Positions 20,087-30,336 of a stretch of 64,000 nt of DNA are shown here, in pieces. Below the pieces are notes generated by a model. It saw nothing but the letters and a program-made list of their open reading frames with translations. It did no database searches and was not told the DNA's origin. A program made the position numbers and the translations under genes. Within the stretch, counting starts at the first letter, position 1. Every line of letters starts with the position of its first letter. Source of the stretch: Escherichia coli (GTDB lineage Bacteria > Pseudomonadota > Gammaproteobacteria > Enterobacterales > Enterobacteriaceae); NCBI RefSeq assembly GCF_030013595.1, contig NZ_CP122768.1; one strand, given 5' to 3'.

Positions 20087-20949
20087 CGCTGTGTCTCCAG
20101 CCAGTTCAGCCACTGGTCCATCCCTTCGCCGCTGGTGGCGGAAATAAGGATGATTTCAATTTCTGGATTGACTTCGCGGGCGCAGGCGATGCACTTCTCA
20201 ACGTCAAAGTTGAGATACGGCAGCAGGTCAACTTTGTTGAGCAGCATCAGTGAGGCGGCGGCAAACATATGCGGATATTTCAGCGGTTTGTCTTCACCTT
20301 CGGTAACGGAAAGCACCGCCACTTTGTGTTTTTCACCGAGATCGAAGCTGGCCGGGCACACGAGGTTGCCGACGTTTTCGATAAACAGAATACCGTTATC
20401 GTCCAGTGGCAGGCGCGGTGCGGCGTCGGCAATCATCTGTGCGTCAAGATGGCAGCCTTTACCGGTATTCACCTGAATCGCTGGTGTGCCGGTAGCGCGA
20501 ATGCGTGCGGCATCGTTCACGGTTTGCTGATCGCCTTCAATAACCGCGCACGGAACGCTGTCTTTCAGGCGCATTAAGGTTTCCGTCAGCAGGGTGGTTT
20601 TACCGGAACCAGGGCTGGAAACCAGGTTGAGCACCAGTTGCTTGCGGGCAGCAAAGCGCGCGCGGTTGCGTTCAGCCAGACGGTTATTTTTGTCCAGCAC
20701 GTCAATTTCGACTTCCAGCATCCGACGCTGGCTCATGCCCGGCGCGTGAGTACCCGCTTCGCCATGACCGTAATGCAGGTCGCCTTCTTCAGTCTGGCTG
20801 GGGGTAAATTCAGGCGCTTTAATGCCGGTGATTTTCATCTTCGGGCGTGCCGCCGGGGCAAATGGCGCGCTACGAAACGCGGAATGAGGGTTATGTTCAT
20901 CACCCTCGATATACAGGTTGCCTTCACCGCAACCGCATGTTGTACACAT
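20077..20949 (-). CDS. hypB: Hydrogenase nickel-incorporation GTPase HypB
   Basis: 290-aa ORF starting [10 protein letters not shown]; His-rich N-terminus and GSGKTT P-loop. Confidence 0.94.
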   Translation of the reverse strand: MCTTCGCGEGNLYIEGDEHNPHSAFRSAPFAPAARPKMKITGIKAPEFTPSQTEEGDLHYGHGEAGTHAPGMSQRRMLEVEIDVLDKNNRLAERNRARFAARKQLVLNLVSSPGSGKTTLLTETLMRLKDSVPCAVIEGDQQTVNDAARIRATGTPAIQVNTGKGCHLDAQMIADAAPRLPLDDNGILFIENVGNLVCPASFDLGEKHKVAVLSVTEGEDKPLKYPHMFAAASLMLLNKVDLLPYLNFDVEKCIACAREVNPEIEIILISATSGEGMDQWLNWLETQRCA

Positions 20950-20952
20950 CGC

Positions 20953-21303
20953 TCACTCCTGGTCTATTTCTATCCGCCGAATCTGTAAACCGTCGTCTGC
21001 CACAATCTGTAGCATGTCACCATGACACTGTGGACAGCGGCGGACGCGCTGGGTCAGTAGCGTCACATACTGTTGGCATGTTTCACACCAGCATTCGGCC
21101 TCTTGTTCTTCGAGGTGCAGTTTACAACCTTCCGCCACGCTGCCGCGGCAAACCAGATCAAAACAAAAGGCAAGAGAGCTGGTTTCGACACAAGAAAATG
21201 CGCCAATTTTGAGCCAGACCCCAGTTACGCGTTTTGCGCCGTGTTTTGCGGCCTGCTGTTCGATCAATTCCAGTGCCCGTTGGCAGAGGGTTATTTCGTG
21301 CAT
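20953..21303 (-). CDS. hypA: Hydrogenase nickel-incorporation protein HypA
   Basis: 116-aa protein MHEITLCQRALELIEQQ... with CxxC...CxxC zinc site. Confidence 0.92.
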   Translation of the reverse strand: MHEITLCQRALELIEQQAAKHGAKRVTGVWLKIGAFSCVETSSLAFCFDLVCRGSVAEGCKLHLEEQEAECWCETCQQYVTLLTQRVRRCPQCHGDMLQIVADDGLQIRRIEIDQE

Positions 21304-21334
21304 ATCGCCTCCCATTAACTATTGCCAGCTACAA

Positions 21335-21350
21335 GCAATAATTGTGCCAG
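21335..21350 (-). promoter_or_regulatory. Sigma-54 (-24/-12) promoter for the hyp operon
   Basis: Reverse strand reads CTGGCACaattaTTGC, a near-perfect TGGCAC-N5-TTGC match. Confidence 0.7.
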
Positions 21351-21375
21351 TGTTGATTATCCCTGCGGTGAATAA

Positions 21376-21416
21376 TGTCGATGATGTCGAAATGACACGT
21401 CGACACGGCGACGAAA
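21376..21416. promoter_or_regulatory. FhlA upstream activating sequence shared by the divergent hyp and hyc promoters
   Basis: tgtcgatgatgtcgaaatgacacgtcgacacggcgacgaaa: TGTCG/CGACA-rich repeats between the two sigma-54 promoters. Confidence 0.6.
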
Positions 21417-21462
21417 TTCATCTTTAGCTTAAAAATCGTTTTAATAACAATGAATTAAAAGT

Positions 21463-21478
21463 TGGCACAGAAAATGCT
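21463..21478 (+). promoter_or_regulatory. Sigma-54 (-24/-12) promoter for the hyc operon
   Basis: tTGGCACagaaaaTGCt with 10 nt between GG and GC, ~37 bp upstream of the hycA ATG. Confidence 0.65.
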
Positions 21479-21514
21479 TAAAGCTGGCATCTCTGTTAAA
21501 CGGGTAACCTGACA

Positions 21515-21976
21515 ATGACTATTTGGGAAATAAGCGAGAAAGCCGATTACATCGCACAGCGGCATCGTCGCCTACAGGACCAGTGGCACATCTACTGCAA
21601 TTCGCTGGTTCAGGGGATCACGTTATCGAAAGCGCGCCTGCATCACGCCATGAGCTGCGCGCCGGACAAAGAACTCTGTTTCGTCCTTTTTGAACATTTT
21701 CGCATTTACGTCACCCTGGCGGATGGCTTTAACAGCCACACCATCGAGTATTACGTCGAAACAAAAGATGGTGAAGACAAACAGCGGATTGCGCAGGCGC
21801 AACTGAGCATTGACGGCATGATTGATGGCAAGGTCAACATCCGCGATCGCGAACAGGTTCTGGAACACTATCTCGAAAAAATCGCTGGCGTTTACGACAG
21901 CTTATACACCGCCATTGAAAACAATGTGCCGGTGAATTTAAGCCAACTGGTAAAGGGACAAAGCCCGGCAGCATGA
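21515..21976 (+). CDS. hycA: Formate hydrogenlyase regulatory protein HycA
   Basis: 153-aa ORF MTIWEISEKADYIAQRHRRLQDQ... Confidence 0.93.
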   Translation: MTIWEISEKADYIAQRHRRLQDQWHIYCNSLVQGITLSKARLHHAMSCAPDKELCFVLFEHFRIYVTLADGFNSHTIEYYVETKDGEDKQRIAQAQLSIDGMIDGKVNIRDREQVLEHYLEKIAGVYDSLYTAIENNVPVNLSQLVKGQSPAA

Positions 21977-22100
21977 GCTGAGGCTTTGCCCGTTTTGCAG
22001 GCGTTACGCCTGTTTGGGGATGGGCGTGTCGATGAGTGTCGAAAATGACATTTCATCGGCATGTTTTCGTCAAAAATGACAATCACCTGAGGAATGCCTG

Positions 22101-22712
22101 GTGAATCGTTTTGTAATTGCTGACTCCACGCTCTGTATCGGCTGCCACACCTGTGAGGCCGCCTGTTCAGAGACGCATCGCCAGCACGGCCTGCAATCAA
22201 TGCCGCGCCTGCGAGTGATGCTCAATGAAAAAGAATCTGCGCCGCAGCTCTGTCACCACTGTGAAGATGCGCCCTGCGCGGTGGTCTGCCCGGTTAACGC
22301 CATCACCCGCGTTGATGGGGCCGTGCAGTTGAATGAAAGTCTGTGCGTAAGCTGCAAACTGTGCGGCATCGCCTGCCCGTTTGGCGCAATTGAATTTTCC
22401 GGCAGCCGTCCGCTGGATATTCCGGCAAACGCCAATACCCCGAAAGCGCCACCGGCACCGCCTGCTCCGGCGCGTGTCAGCACATTGCTTGACTGGGTGC
22501 CAGGTATTCGCGCGATCGCCGTCAAATGTGACCTTTGTAGCTTTGATGAACAAGGTCCGGCCTGCGTGCGGATGTGCCCGACTAAAGCCCTGCATCTGGT
22601 GGATAACACCGATATCGCCCGCGTCAGCAAACGTAAGCGTGAGCTGACTTTTAACACGGACTTTGGCGATCTCACCTTGTTTCAGCAGGCTCAAAGTGGA
22701 GAGGCTAAATGA
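22101..22712 (+). CDS. hycB: Formate hydrogenlyase subunit HycB (4Fe-4S ferredoxin-type)
   Basis: 203-aa ORF with multiple CxxCxxCxxxCP motifs. Confidence 0.94.
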   Translation: MNRFVIADSTLCIGCHTCEAACSETHRQHGLQSMPRLRVMLNEKESAPQLCHHCEDAPCAVVCPVNAITRVDGAVQLNESLCVSCKLCGIACPFGAIEFSGSRPLDIPANANTPKAPPAPPAPARVSTLLDWVPGIRAIAVKCDLCSFDEQGPACVRMCPTKALHLVDNTDIARVSKRKRELTFNTDFGDLTLFQQAQSGEAK

Positions 22713-24535
22713 GCGCAATTTCCCTGATCAATAGCGGCGTGGCGTGGTTTGTCGCCGCCGCTGTTCTGGCATTTCTCTTTTCTTTTCAAAAGGCGCTAAG
22801 CGGCTGGATAGCCGGAATTGGCGGCGCGGTTGGTAGCCTGTATACGGCAGCCGCGGGCTTCACTGTACTGACTGGCGCGGTTGGCGTGAGCGGTGCGCTG
22901 TCGCTGGTAAGCTACGATGTGCAAATCTCTCCGCTTAACGCGATTTGGCTGATTACGCTCGGCCTGTGCGGTCTGTTTGTCAGCCTCTACAACATTGACT
23001 GGCATCGCCACGCGCAGGTGAAGTGCAACGGCTTGCAGATCAATATGTTGATGGCTGCCGCCGTCTGCGCCGTCATCGCCAGCAACCTCGGCATGTTCGT
23101 GGTAATGGCTGAAGTCATGGCCTTGTGTGCGGTGTTCCTTACCAGCAACAGCAAAGAGGGCAAACTGTGGTTTGCGCTGGGGCGTCTTGGCACTCTGCTG
23201 CTGGTGATTGCTTGCTGGCTGCTGTGGCAGCGTTACGGCACGCTGGATCTGCGCCTGCTGGATATGCGTATGCAACAGCTGCCGCTCGGTTCCGATATCT
23301 GGCTGCTCGGTGTGATTGGCTTTGGCCTGCTGGCCGGGATTATTCCGCTGCACGGCTGGGTGCCGCAGGCACATGCTAACGCCTCTGCGCCAGCTGCCGC
23401 GTTGTTTTCTACGGTGGTGATGAAAATCGGCCTGCTGGGCATTTTAACCCTGTCGCTGCTGGGCGGTAACGCACCGCTGTGGTGGGGGATCGCGCTGCTG
23501 GTGCTCGGCATGATCACCGCGTTCGTCGGCGGTCTGTATGCGCTGATGGAGCACAACATCCAGCGCCTGCTGGCTTACCACACCCTGGAAAATATCGGCA
23601 TTATCCTGCTGGGGCTGGGCGCTGGCGTAACGGGTATCGCGCTCGAACAACCGGCGCTGATTGCTCTTGGCCTGGTCGGTGGTCTGTACCATCTGCTTAA
23701 TCATAGCCTGTTCAAAAGCGTACTTTTCCTCGGGGCGGGGAGCGTCTGGTTCCGTACCGGTCATCGCGATATCGAAAAACTCGGTGGTATTGGCAAGAAA
23801 ATGCCGGTTATCTCCATCGCCATGTTAGTCGGGCTGATGGCAATGGCTGCGTTGCCGCCGCTGAACGGGTTTGCCGGGGAATGGGTTATCTATCAATCCT
23901 TCTTCAAACTGAGCAATAGTGGCGCGTTTGTTGCCCGTCTGCTGGGGCCGCTGCTCGCTGTGGGGCTGGCAATTACCGGTGCGCTGGCGGTGATGTGTAT
24001 GGCGAAAGTCTATGGCGTCACGTTCCTCGGCGCGCCGCGTACCAAAGAAGCCGAAAACGCCACCTGTGCGCCGCTCCTGATGAGCGTAAGCGTGGTGGCA
24101 CTGGCGATTTGCTGCGTCATTGGCGGTGTTGCTGCGCCGTGGCTGCTGCCGATGCTCTCTGCTGCTGTACCTCTGCCGCTGGAGCCTGCTAACACCACCG
24201 TTTCTCAACCCATGATCACGTTGCTGCTGATTGCCTGCCCGCTGCTGCCATTCATCATTATGGCGATTTGCAAAGGCGATCGTTTGCCGTCGCGTTCCCG
24301 CGGCGCGGCCTGGGTGTGCGGCTACGACCATGAAAAATCAATGGTGATTACTGCTCACGGTTTTGCCATGCCGGTGAAACAGGCGTTTGCGCCGGTGCTG
24401 AAACTGCGCAAATGGCTGAATCCGGTGTCGCTGGTACCGGGCTGGCAGTGTGAGGGGAGTGCGTTGCTGTTCCGCCGGATGGCGCTGGTTGAACTGGCGG
24501 TACTGGTGGTGATTATTGTTTCACGAGGAGCCTGA
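22709..24535 (+). CDS. hycC: Formate hydrogenlyase membrane subunit HycC (NuoL/M-like antiporter-type)
   Basis: 608-aa polytopic membrane ORF; start overlaps the hycB stop. Confidence 0.94.
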   Translation: MSAISLINSGVAWFVAAAVLAFLFSFQKALSGWIAGIGGAVGSLYTAAAGFTVLTGAVGVSGALSLVSYDVQISPLNAIWLITLGLCGLFVSLYNIDWHRHAQVKCNGLQINMLMAAAVCAVIASNLGMFVVMAEVMALCAVFLTSNSKEGKLWFALGRLGTLLLVIACWLLWQRYGTLDLRLLDMRMQQLPLGSDIWLLGVIGFGLLAGIIPLHGWVPQAHANASAPAAALFSTVVMKIGLLGILTLSLLGGNAPLWWGIALLVLGMITAFVGGLYALMEHNIQRLLAYHTLENIGIILLGLGAGVTGIALEQPALIALGLVGGLYHLLNHSLFKSVLFLGAGSVWFRTGHRDIEKLGGIGKKMPVISIAMLVGLMAMAALPPLNGFAGEWVIYQSFFKLSNSGAFVARLLGPLLAVGLAITGALAVMCMAKVYGVTFLGAPRTKEAENATCAPLLMSVSVVALAICCVIGGVAAPWLLPMLSAAVPLPLEPANTTVSQPMITLLLIACPLLPFIIMAICKGDRLPSRSRGAAWVCGYDHEKSMVITAHGFAMPVKQAFAPVLKLRKWLNPVSLVPGWQCEGSALLFRRMALVELAVLVVIIVSRGA

Positions 24536-24537
24536 GA

Positions 24538-25461
24538 ATGAGTGTTTTATATCCGTTAATTCAGGCGCTGGTGTTATTTGCCGTTGCGCCGCTGCTCTCC
24601 GGTATAACCCGCGTGGCGCGCGCCCGCTTGCATAACCGTCGCGGGCCGGGCGTGTTGCAGGAGTATCGCGACATTATCAAACTGCTGGGCCGCCAGAGTG
24701 TTGGCCCGGATGCCTCCGGCTGGGTGTTCCGCCTGACGCCGTATGTGATGGTGGGCGTCATGCTGACTATCGCTACTGCGCTGCCGGTGGTGACCGTTGG
24801 TTCTCCGCTGCCGCAGCTGGGCGATTTGATCACCTTGCTGTATCTCTTTGCCATCGCGCGTTTCTTCTTTGCCATTTCTGGTCTGGATACCGGTAGCCCG
24901 TTTACTGCTATCGGCGCGAGCCGTGAAGCGATGCTTGGCGTGCTGGTCGAACCGATGCTGCTGCTTGGTCTGTGGGTTGCCGCACAGGTTGCCGGTTCCA
25001 CCAACATCAGCAACATCACCGACACCGTTTATCACTGGCCGCTGAGCCAGAGCATCCCGCTGGTGCTGGCGCTTTGTGCCTGTGCGTTCGCCACTTTTAT
25101 CGAAATGGGCAAACTGCCGTTCGACCTGGCGGAAGCCGAGCAGGAGTTGCAGGAAGGGCCGCTCTCTGAATACAGCGGTAGCGGCTTTGGCGTCATGAAA
25201 TGGGGTATCAGCCTGAAACAGCTGGTGGTGTTGCAGATGTTCGTCGGGGTGTTTATTCCGTGGGGACAAATGGAAACCTTCACCGTCGGTGGGCTGCTGC
25301 TGGCGCTGGTGATTGCCATCGTCAAACTGGTGGTTGGCGTCCTGGTTATCGCGCTGTTCGAAAACAGCATGGCCCGTCTGCGTCTTGATATTACTCCGCG
25401 CATTACCTGGGCTGGGTTTGGCTTTGCATTTTTAGCGTTCGTCTCCTTGCTGGCGGCGTGA
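24538..25461 (+). CDS. hycD: Formate hydrogenlyase membrane subunit HycD (NuoH-like)
   Basis: 307-aa membrane ORF. Confidence 0.94.
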   Translation: MSVLYPLIQALVLFAVAPLLSGITRVARARLHNRRGPGVLQEYRDIIKLLGRQSVGPDASGWVFRLTPYVMVGVMLTIATALPVVTVGSPLPQLGDLITLLYLFAIARFFFAISGLDTGSPFTAIGASREAMLGVLVEPMLLLGLWVAAQVAGSTNISNITDTVYHWPLSQSIPLVLALCACAFATFIEMGKLPFDLAEAEQELQEGPLSEYSGSGFGVMKWGISLKQLVVLQMFVGVFIPWGQMETFTVGGLLLALVIAIVKLVVGVLVIALFENSMARLRLDITPRITWAGFGFAFLAFVSLLAA

Positions 25462-25478
25462 TTAAAGAGAGTTTGAGC

Positions 25479-27188
25479 ATGTCTGAAGAAAAATTAGGTC
25501 AACATTATCTCGCCGCGCTGAATGAGGCATTTCCCGGCGTCGTGCTGGACCACGCCTGGCAGACCAAAGATCAGCTGACTGTCACCGTAAAGGTGAACTA
25601 CCTGCCGGAAGTGGTGGAGTTTCTTTACTACAAACAGGGTGGCTGGCTGTCGGTGCTGTTTGGCAACGACGAACGCAAACTGAATGGTCATTACGCCGTT
25701 TACTACGTGCTGTCGATGGAGAAGGGCACTAAGTGTTGGATTACGGTTCGCATCGAAGTTGACGCCAACAAACCGGAGTATCCGTCCGTGACGCCGCGCG
25801 TTCCGGCGGCGGTGTGGGGCGAGCGCGAAGTGCGCGATATGTACGGTTTGATTCCGGTTGGTCTGCCGGATGAACGTCGTCTGGTGCTGCCGGATGACTG
25901 GCCGGATGAACTTTATCCGCTGCGTAAAGACAGCATGGATTATCGTCAACGTCCGGCACCGACTACCGATGCTGAAACCTACGAGTTCATCAACGAACTG
26001 GGCGACAAGAAAAACAACGTCGTTCCGATTGGTCCGCTGCACGTCACTTCTGACGAACCGGGCCACTTCCGTCTGTTCGTCGATGGCGAAAACATTATCG
26101 ACGCAGACTACCGCCTGTTCTATGTCCATCGCGGCATGGAAAAACTGGCGGAAACCCGCATGGGTTACAACGAAGTGACCTTCCTCTCTGACCGTGTGTG
26201 CGGGATCTGCGGCTTTGCTCACAGCACCGCCTACACCACGTCGGTGGAAAACGCGATGGGTATTCAGGTGCCAGAACGTGCGCAGATGATCCGCGCCATT
26301 CTGCTGGAGGTAGAACGCCTGCACTCGCATCTGCTCAACCTCGGCCTCGCCTGTCACTTTACCGGCTTCGACTCCGGCTTTATGCAGTTCTTCCGCGTGC
26401 GTGAAACCTCCATGAAAATGGCAGAGATCCTTACCGGTGCGCGTAAAACCTACGGCCTGAACCTGATCGGCGGGATTCGTCGCGATCTGCTGAAAGATGA
26501 CATGATCCAGACCCGTCAACTGGCACAGCAGATGCGTCGTGAAGTGCAGGAGCTGGTGGATGTGCTGCTGAGCACACCGAACATGGAACAGCGCACCGTC
26601 GGCATTGGTCGTCTGGACCCGGAAATTGCCCGCGACTTCAGTAACGTCGGCCCGATGGTCCGTGCCAGCGGTCACGCCCGCGATACCCGCGCCGATCACC
26701 CGTTTGTTGGTTATGGCCTGCTGCCAATGGAAGTCCACAGCGAGCAGGGCTGCGACGTTATTTCGCGTCTGAAAGTGCGTATTAACGAAGTCTATACCGC
26801 GCTGAACATGATCGACTACGGTCTGGATAATCTGCCGGGCGGCCCGCTGATGGTGGAAGGCTTTACCTACATTCCGCACCGTTTTGCGCTGGGCTTTGCC
26901 GAAGCGCCGCGCGGCGATGATATCCACTGGAGCATGACCGGCGACAACCAGAAGCTGTACCGCTGGCGCTGCCGTGCGGCGACCTACGCGAACTGGCCGA
27001 CCCTGCGCTACATGCTGCGCGGCAACACCGTTTCCGATGCGCCGCTGATTATCGGTAGCCTGGACCCTTGCTACTCCTGTACCGACCGCATGACGGTGGT
27101 CGATGTACGTAAGAAGAAGAGCAAAGTGGTGCCGTACAAAGAACTCGAGCGTTACAGCATTGAGCGTAAAAACTCGCCGCTGAAATAA
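25479..27188 (+). CDS. hycE: Hydrogenase 3 large subunit HycE ([NiFe] catalytic subunit)
   Basis: Starts MSEEKLGQHYLAALNEAFPG; CxxC near the N-terminus and a C-terminal Ni-binding region; the track ORF is extended 7 codons. Confidence 0.95.
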   Translation: MSEEKLGQHYLAALNEAFPGVVLDHAWQTKDQLTVTVKVNYLPEVVEFLYYKQGGWLSVLFGNDERKLNGHYAVYYVLSMEKGTKCWITVRIEVDANKPEYPSVTPRVPAAVWGEREVRDMYGLIPVGLPDERRLVLPDDWPDELYPLRKDSMDYRQRPAPTTDAETYEFINELGDKKNNVVPIGPLHVTSDEPGHFRLFVDGENIIDADYRLFYVHRGMEKLAETRMGYNEVTFLSDRVCGICGFAHSTAYTTSVENAMGIQVPERAQMIRAILLEVERLHSHLLNLGLACHFTGFDSGFMQFFRVRETSMKMAEILTGARKTYGLNLIGGIRRDLLKDDMIQTRQLAQQMRREVQELVDVLLSTPNMEQRTVGIGRLDPEIARDFSNVGPMVRASGHARDTRADHPFVGYGLLPMEVHSEQGCDVISRLKVRINEVYTALNMIDYGLDNLPGGPLMVEGFTYIPHRFALGFAEAPRGDDIHWSMTGDNQKLYRWRCRAATYANWPTLRYMLRGNTVSDAPLIIGSLDPCYSCTDRMTVVDVRKKKSKVVPYKELERYSIERKNSPLK

Positions 27189-27197
27189 GGAATCGCC

Positions 27198-27740
27198 ATG
27201 TTTACCTTTATCAAAAAAGTTATCAAAACCGGCACGGCGACCTCATCTTATCCGCTGGAGCCGATTGCGGTTGATAAAAACTTCCGTGGTAAGCCAGAGC
27301 AGAACCCGCAGCAGTGCATCGGCTGCGCGGCCTGCGTCAATGCCTGCCCGTCAAACGCCTTAACGGTTGAAACTGACATCGCCACAGGAGAGCTGGCCTG
27401 GGAGTTTAATCTCGGGCGCTGCATCTTCTGTGGACGCTGCGAAGAAGTTTGCCCGACGGCGGCGATCAAACTGTCGCAAGAGTACGAACTGGCGGTGTGG
27501 AAGAAAGAAGACTTCCTGCAACAGTCCCGCTTCGCGCTGTGCAACTGCCGCGTCTGCAATCGTCCTTTCGCCGTCCAGAAAGAGATCGACTACGCCATTG
27601 CGCTGCTTAAGCACAATGGCGACAGCCGCGCGGAAAACCACCGCGAAAGCTTTGAGACTTGCCCGGAATGTAAGCGCCAGAAATGCCTGGTGCCGTCCGA
27701 CCGTATTGAACTGACTCGCCATATGAAAGAGGCCATCTGA
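27198..27740 (+). CDS. hycF: Formate hydrogenlyase Fe-S subunit HycF
   Basis: 180-aa ORF with two CxxCxxCxxxCP ferredoxin motifs. Confidence 0.94.
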   Translation: MFTFIKKVIKTGTATSSYPLEPIAVDKNFRGKPEQNPQQCIGCAACVNACPSNALTVETDIATGELAWEFNLGRCIFCGRCEEVCPTAAIKLSQEYELAVWKKEDFLQQSRFALCNCRVCNRPFAVQKEIDYAIALLKHNGDSRAENHRESFETCPECKRQKCLVPSDRIELTRHMKEAI

Positions 27741-28507
27741 TGAGCAATTTATTAGGCCCCCGTGACGCCAACGGCATTCCGGTCCCGATGACGGTGGATG
27801 AATCCATCGCCAGCATGAAGGCGTCGTTACTGAAAAAAATCAAACGTTCTGCCTACGTTTACCGCGTGGACTGCGGCGGCTGCAACGGCTGCGAAATCGA
27901 AATTTTCGCCACGCTTTCGCCGCTGTTTGATGCAGAACGCTTCGGCATTAAAGTCGTTCCTTCACCGCGTCATGCGGATATTTTACTGTTTACCGGCGCG
28001 GTCACCCGTGCAATGCGATCCCCTGCGCTGCGTGCGTGGCAGTCCGCGCCGGACCCGAAAATTTGTATCTCCTACGGTGCCTGCGGTAACAGCGGCGGGA
28101 TCTTCCACGATCTCTACTGCGTGTGGGGCGGTACGGATAAAATCGTCCCGGTAGATGTCTACATCCCTGGCTGCCCGCCAACGCCTGCCGCTACGCTATA
28201 CGGCTTTGCAATGGCGCTCGGCCTGCTGGAGCAGAAAATTCACGCCCGTGGGCCGGGTGAGCAGGATGAACAACCGGCAGAAATTCTGCATGGCGATATG
28301 GTGCAGCCGCTGCGCGTGAAAGTGGATCGCGAAGCACGCCGCCTGGCGGGTTATCGTTACGGTCGTCAGATTGCCGATGATTACCTTACACAGTTAGGGC
28401 AGGGCGAAGAACAGGTTGCACGCTGGCTGGAAGCGGAAAACGATCCGCGTCTGAACGAGATTGTCAGCCATCTGAATCATGTTGTTGAAGAGGCGCGTAT
28501 CCGATGA
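27740..28507 (+). CDS. hycG: Hydrogenase 3 small subunit HycG
   Basis: 255-aa [19 protein letters not shown]... Confidence 0.94.
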   Translation: MSNLLGPRDANGIPVPMTVDESIASMKASLLKKIKRSAYVYRVDCGGCNGCEIEIFATLSPLFDAERFGIKVVPSPRHADILLFTGAVTRAMRSPALRAWQSAPDPKICISYGACGNSGGIFHDLYCVWGGTDKIVPVDVYIPGCPPTPAATLYGFAMALGLLEQKIHARGPGEQDEQPAEILHGDMVQPLRVKVDREARRLAGYRYGRQIADDYLTQLGQGEEQVARWLEAENDPRLNEIVSHLNHVVEEARIR

Positions 28508-28914
28508 GTGAAAAGGTGGTGTTCAGTCAACTGAGCCGTAAATTTATTGATGAGAACGATGCCACGCCCGCCGAGGCGCAGCAGGTGGTCTATTACAGCC
28601 TGGCGATTGGTCACCACCTTGGGGTTATCGATTGCCTGGAAGCGGCGCTCACCTGTCCGTGGGATGAATATCTGGCATGGATTGCCACTCTGGAGGCGGG
28701 CAGCGAAGCCCGCCGCAAAATGGAAGGCGTGCCGAAATATGGTGAGATTGTCATCGACATTAACCATGTGCCGATGCTGGCCAACGCATTCGATAAAGCC
28801 CGGGCAGCGCAAACTTCGCAGCAGAAGGAATGGAGTACAATGCTGTTAAGTATGCTGCATGATATTCATCAGGAAAACGCCATCTATTTGATGGTGAGGA
28901 GATTGCGTGACTGA
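28504..28914 (+). CDS. hycH: Formate hydrogenlyase maturation protein HycH
   Basis: 136-aa ORF; 4-bp overlap with hycG. Confidence 0.92.
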   Translation: MSEKVVFSQLSRKFIDENDATPAEAQQVVYYSLAIGHHLGVIDCLEAALTCPWDEYLAWIATLEAGSEARRKMEGVPKYGEIVIDINHVPMLANAFDKARAAQTSQQKEWSTMLLSMLHDIHQENAIYLMVRRLRD

Positions 28915-29377
28915 CGTTTTACTCTGTGTTGGCAATAGCATGATGGGCGATGATGGCGCAGGCCCGCTACTGGCGGAAAAGTGCGCCGCCGCGCCGAAAG
29001 GTCACTGGGTGGTGATTGACGGCGGTAGTGCACCGGAAAACGACATTGTCGCTATTCGCGAACTGCGCCCGACACGACTGCTGATTGTCGACGCCACGGA
29101 TATGGGGCTAAACCCCGGCGAGATCCGCATCATCGATCCGGATGATATCGCCGAGATGTTTATGATGACTACCCATAACATGCCGTTGAACTACCTTATC
29201 GACCAGTTAAAAGAAGACATTGGCGAAGTGATTTTCCTCGGCATCCAGCCGGATATCGTCGGCTTTTACTACCCGATGACCCAGCCGATTAAAGATGCGG
29301 TAGAAACCGTTTATCAACGACTGGAAGGCTGGGAAGGGAATGGCGGATTCGCGCAGTTAGCGGTGGAAGAAGAGTAG
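28907..29377 (+). CDS. hycI: Hydrogenase 3 maturation endopeptidase HycI
   Basis: 156-aa [23 protein letters not shown]... Confidence 0.93.
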   Translation: MTDVLLCVGNSMMGDDGAGPLLAEKCAAAPKGHWVVIDGGSAPENDIVAIRELRPTRLLIVDATDMGLNPGEIRIIDPDDIAEMFMMTTHNMPLNYLIDQLKEDIGEVIFLGIQPDIVGFYYPMTQPIKDAVETVYQRLEGWEGNGGFAQLAVEEE

Positions 29378-29401
29378 TTTTTCAGTAAGGAATTCAGGGG
29401 A

Positions 29402-30175
29402 TTGAACATCAGAACAGGGATGTGCGCTTTTTTATTGAGCTTAGTGCTGCCTGCACAGGCCACCAGCTTTACCGAATATCTGCCGATGAGTGACAGCGAA
29501 TACGCGCAAAAGCGGGCGCTGAAACCTCTCCTGACCATGCCTTATGATGCCGAGCAAAACTGGCATTTTAGAAAAGTCGGCGTTGCTGGCGTGACGCTTG
29601 AAAAGATGCCAAATGATGATAGTGAATGGCAATTGAACGGTAAAGATCGCGCCGGTAAATCCTGGTCTGTGCCTGTGGGGGTGCTGCAAAATATGGCGGG
29701 TAATGCGCAACTTTACCGTGCCGATCTTGATCGTAACGGCATTCAGGATCTAGTTATCTGGCGGGGTATTTCAGGAAATGGTCTGGCACCTAACGCGTTT
29801 TTGATTCTGATGACCTTTAATCAGCAAGGTCGCCCGTGTGTTTTTCAGTCCGATGGTTTTTATACCGCAAGTGAAACTGGCATTGATGATTTGCTGGATT
29901 TACAAAGGAATGGCCACACGCAATTGCTGGATATGCAGTTTGATTCCGGTTACTGGATAACCAGTCTGTATCAGGTAAAAGACGCCAAATGGCAGCGTGT
30001 TCACGGCTGGTTTGGCAAGTTAAGCTATCCCGCGCTCACGCGTTTTACTTATACCCCCAACCGTAAACTCGTCCTCAAACCCATCGCCGGGCGCGACCCG
30101 CAATCGGAAGATCTGGCGCTGACGCAGCGTTGCTTGATAAAGGGGGATGTGCTTTATGGGGTGAATCAGAACTGA
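29402..30175 (+). CDS. Uncharacterised predicted secreted protein (~257 aa) with N-terminal signal peptide and two Asp-rich D-x-D/Q-x-N-G loops
   Basis: n-region with Arg, hydrophobic core CAFLLSLVL, AQA|TS cleavage site; motifs ADLDRNGIQDLVIW and LDLQRNGHTQLLD; start ambiguous between TTG 29402 and ATG 29420; only 24 bp after the hycI stop with no terminator. Confidence 0.6.
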   Translation: MNIRTGMCAFLLSLVLPAQATSFTEYLPMSDSEYAQKRALKPLLTMPYDAEQNWHFRKVGVAGVTLEKMPNDDSEWQLNGKDRAGKSWSVPVGVLQNMAGNAQLYRADLDRNGIQDLVIWRGISGNGLAPNAFLILMTFNQQGRPCVFQSDGFYTASETGIDDLLDLQRNGHTQLLDMQFDSGYWITSLYQVKDAKWQRVHGWFGKLSYPALTRFTYTPNRKLVLKPIAGRDPQSEDLALTQRCLIKGDVLYGVNQN

Positions 30176-30237
30176 CTTTTTGCAGAGTGGCTATGTGGAT
30201 TTTGGGGGTAATTATATAGCGTACAAGTGTTTACATA

Positions 30238-30266
30238 TTGTGAACTTTGATTTGATGAGCTATAGT
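30238..30266 (+). promoter_or_regulatory. Candidate sigma-70 promoter for the HigBA-like pair (-35 ttgtga, 17-bp spacer, -10 tatagt)
   Basis: Hexamers in an AT-rich spacer ~70 bp upstream of the toxin ATG. Confidence 0.4.
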
Positions 30267-30336
30267 TTCCGAACACATAAGGATAGAACTCGCAGATGTG
30301 GCTGTTTACTTACTATAAGGAAGTTAAAACTTAAAA

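Noticed and set aside
25494-26927. 477-aa reverse-strand ORF inside hycE
   Set aside because: Shadow ORF opposite a highly conserved gene; low-complexity, Arg/His/Val-rich translation typical of an antisense frame.
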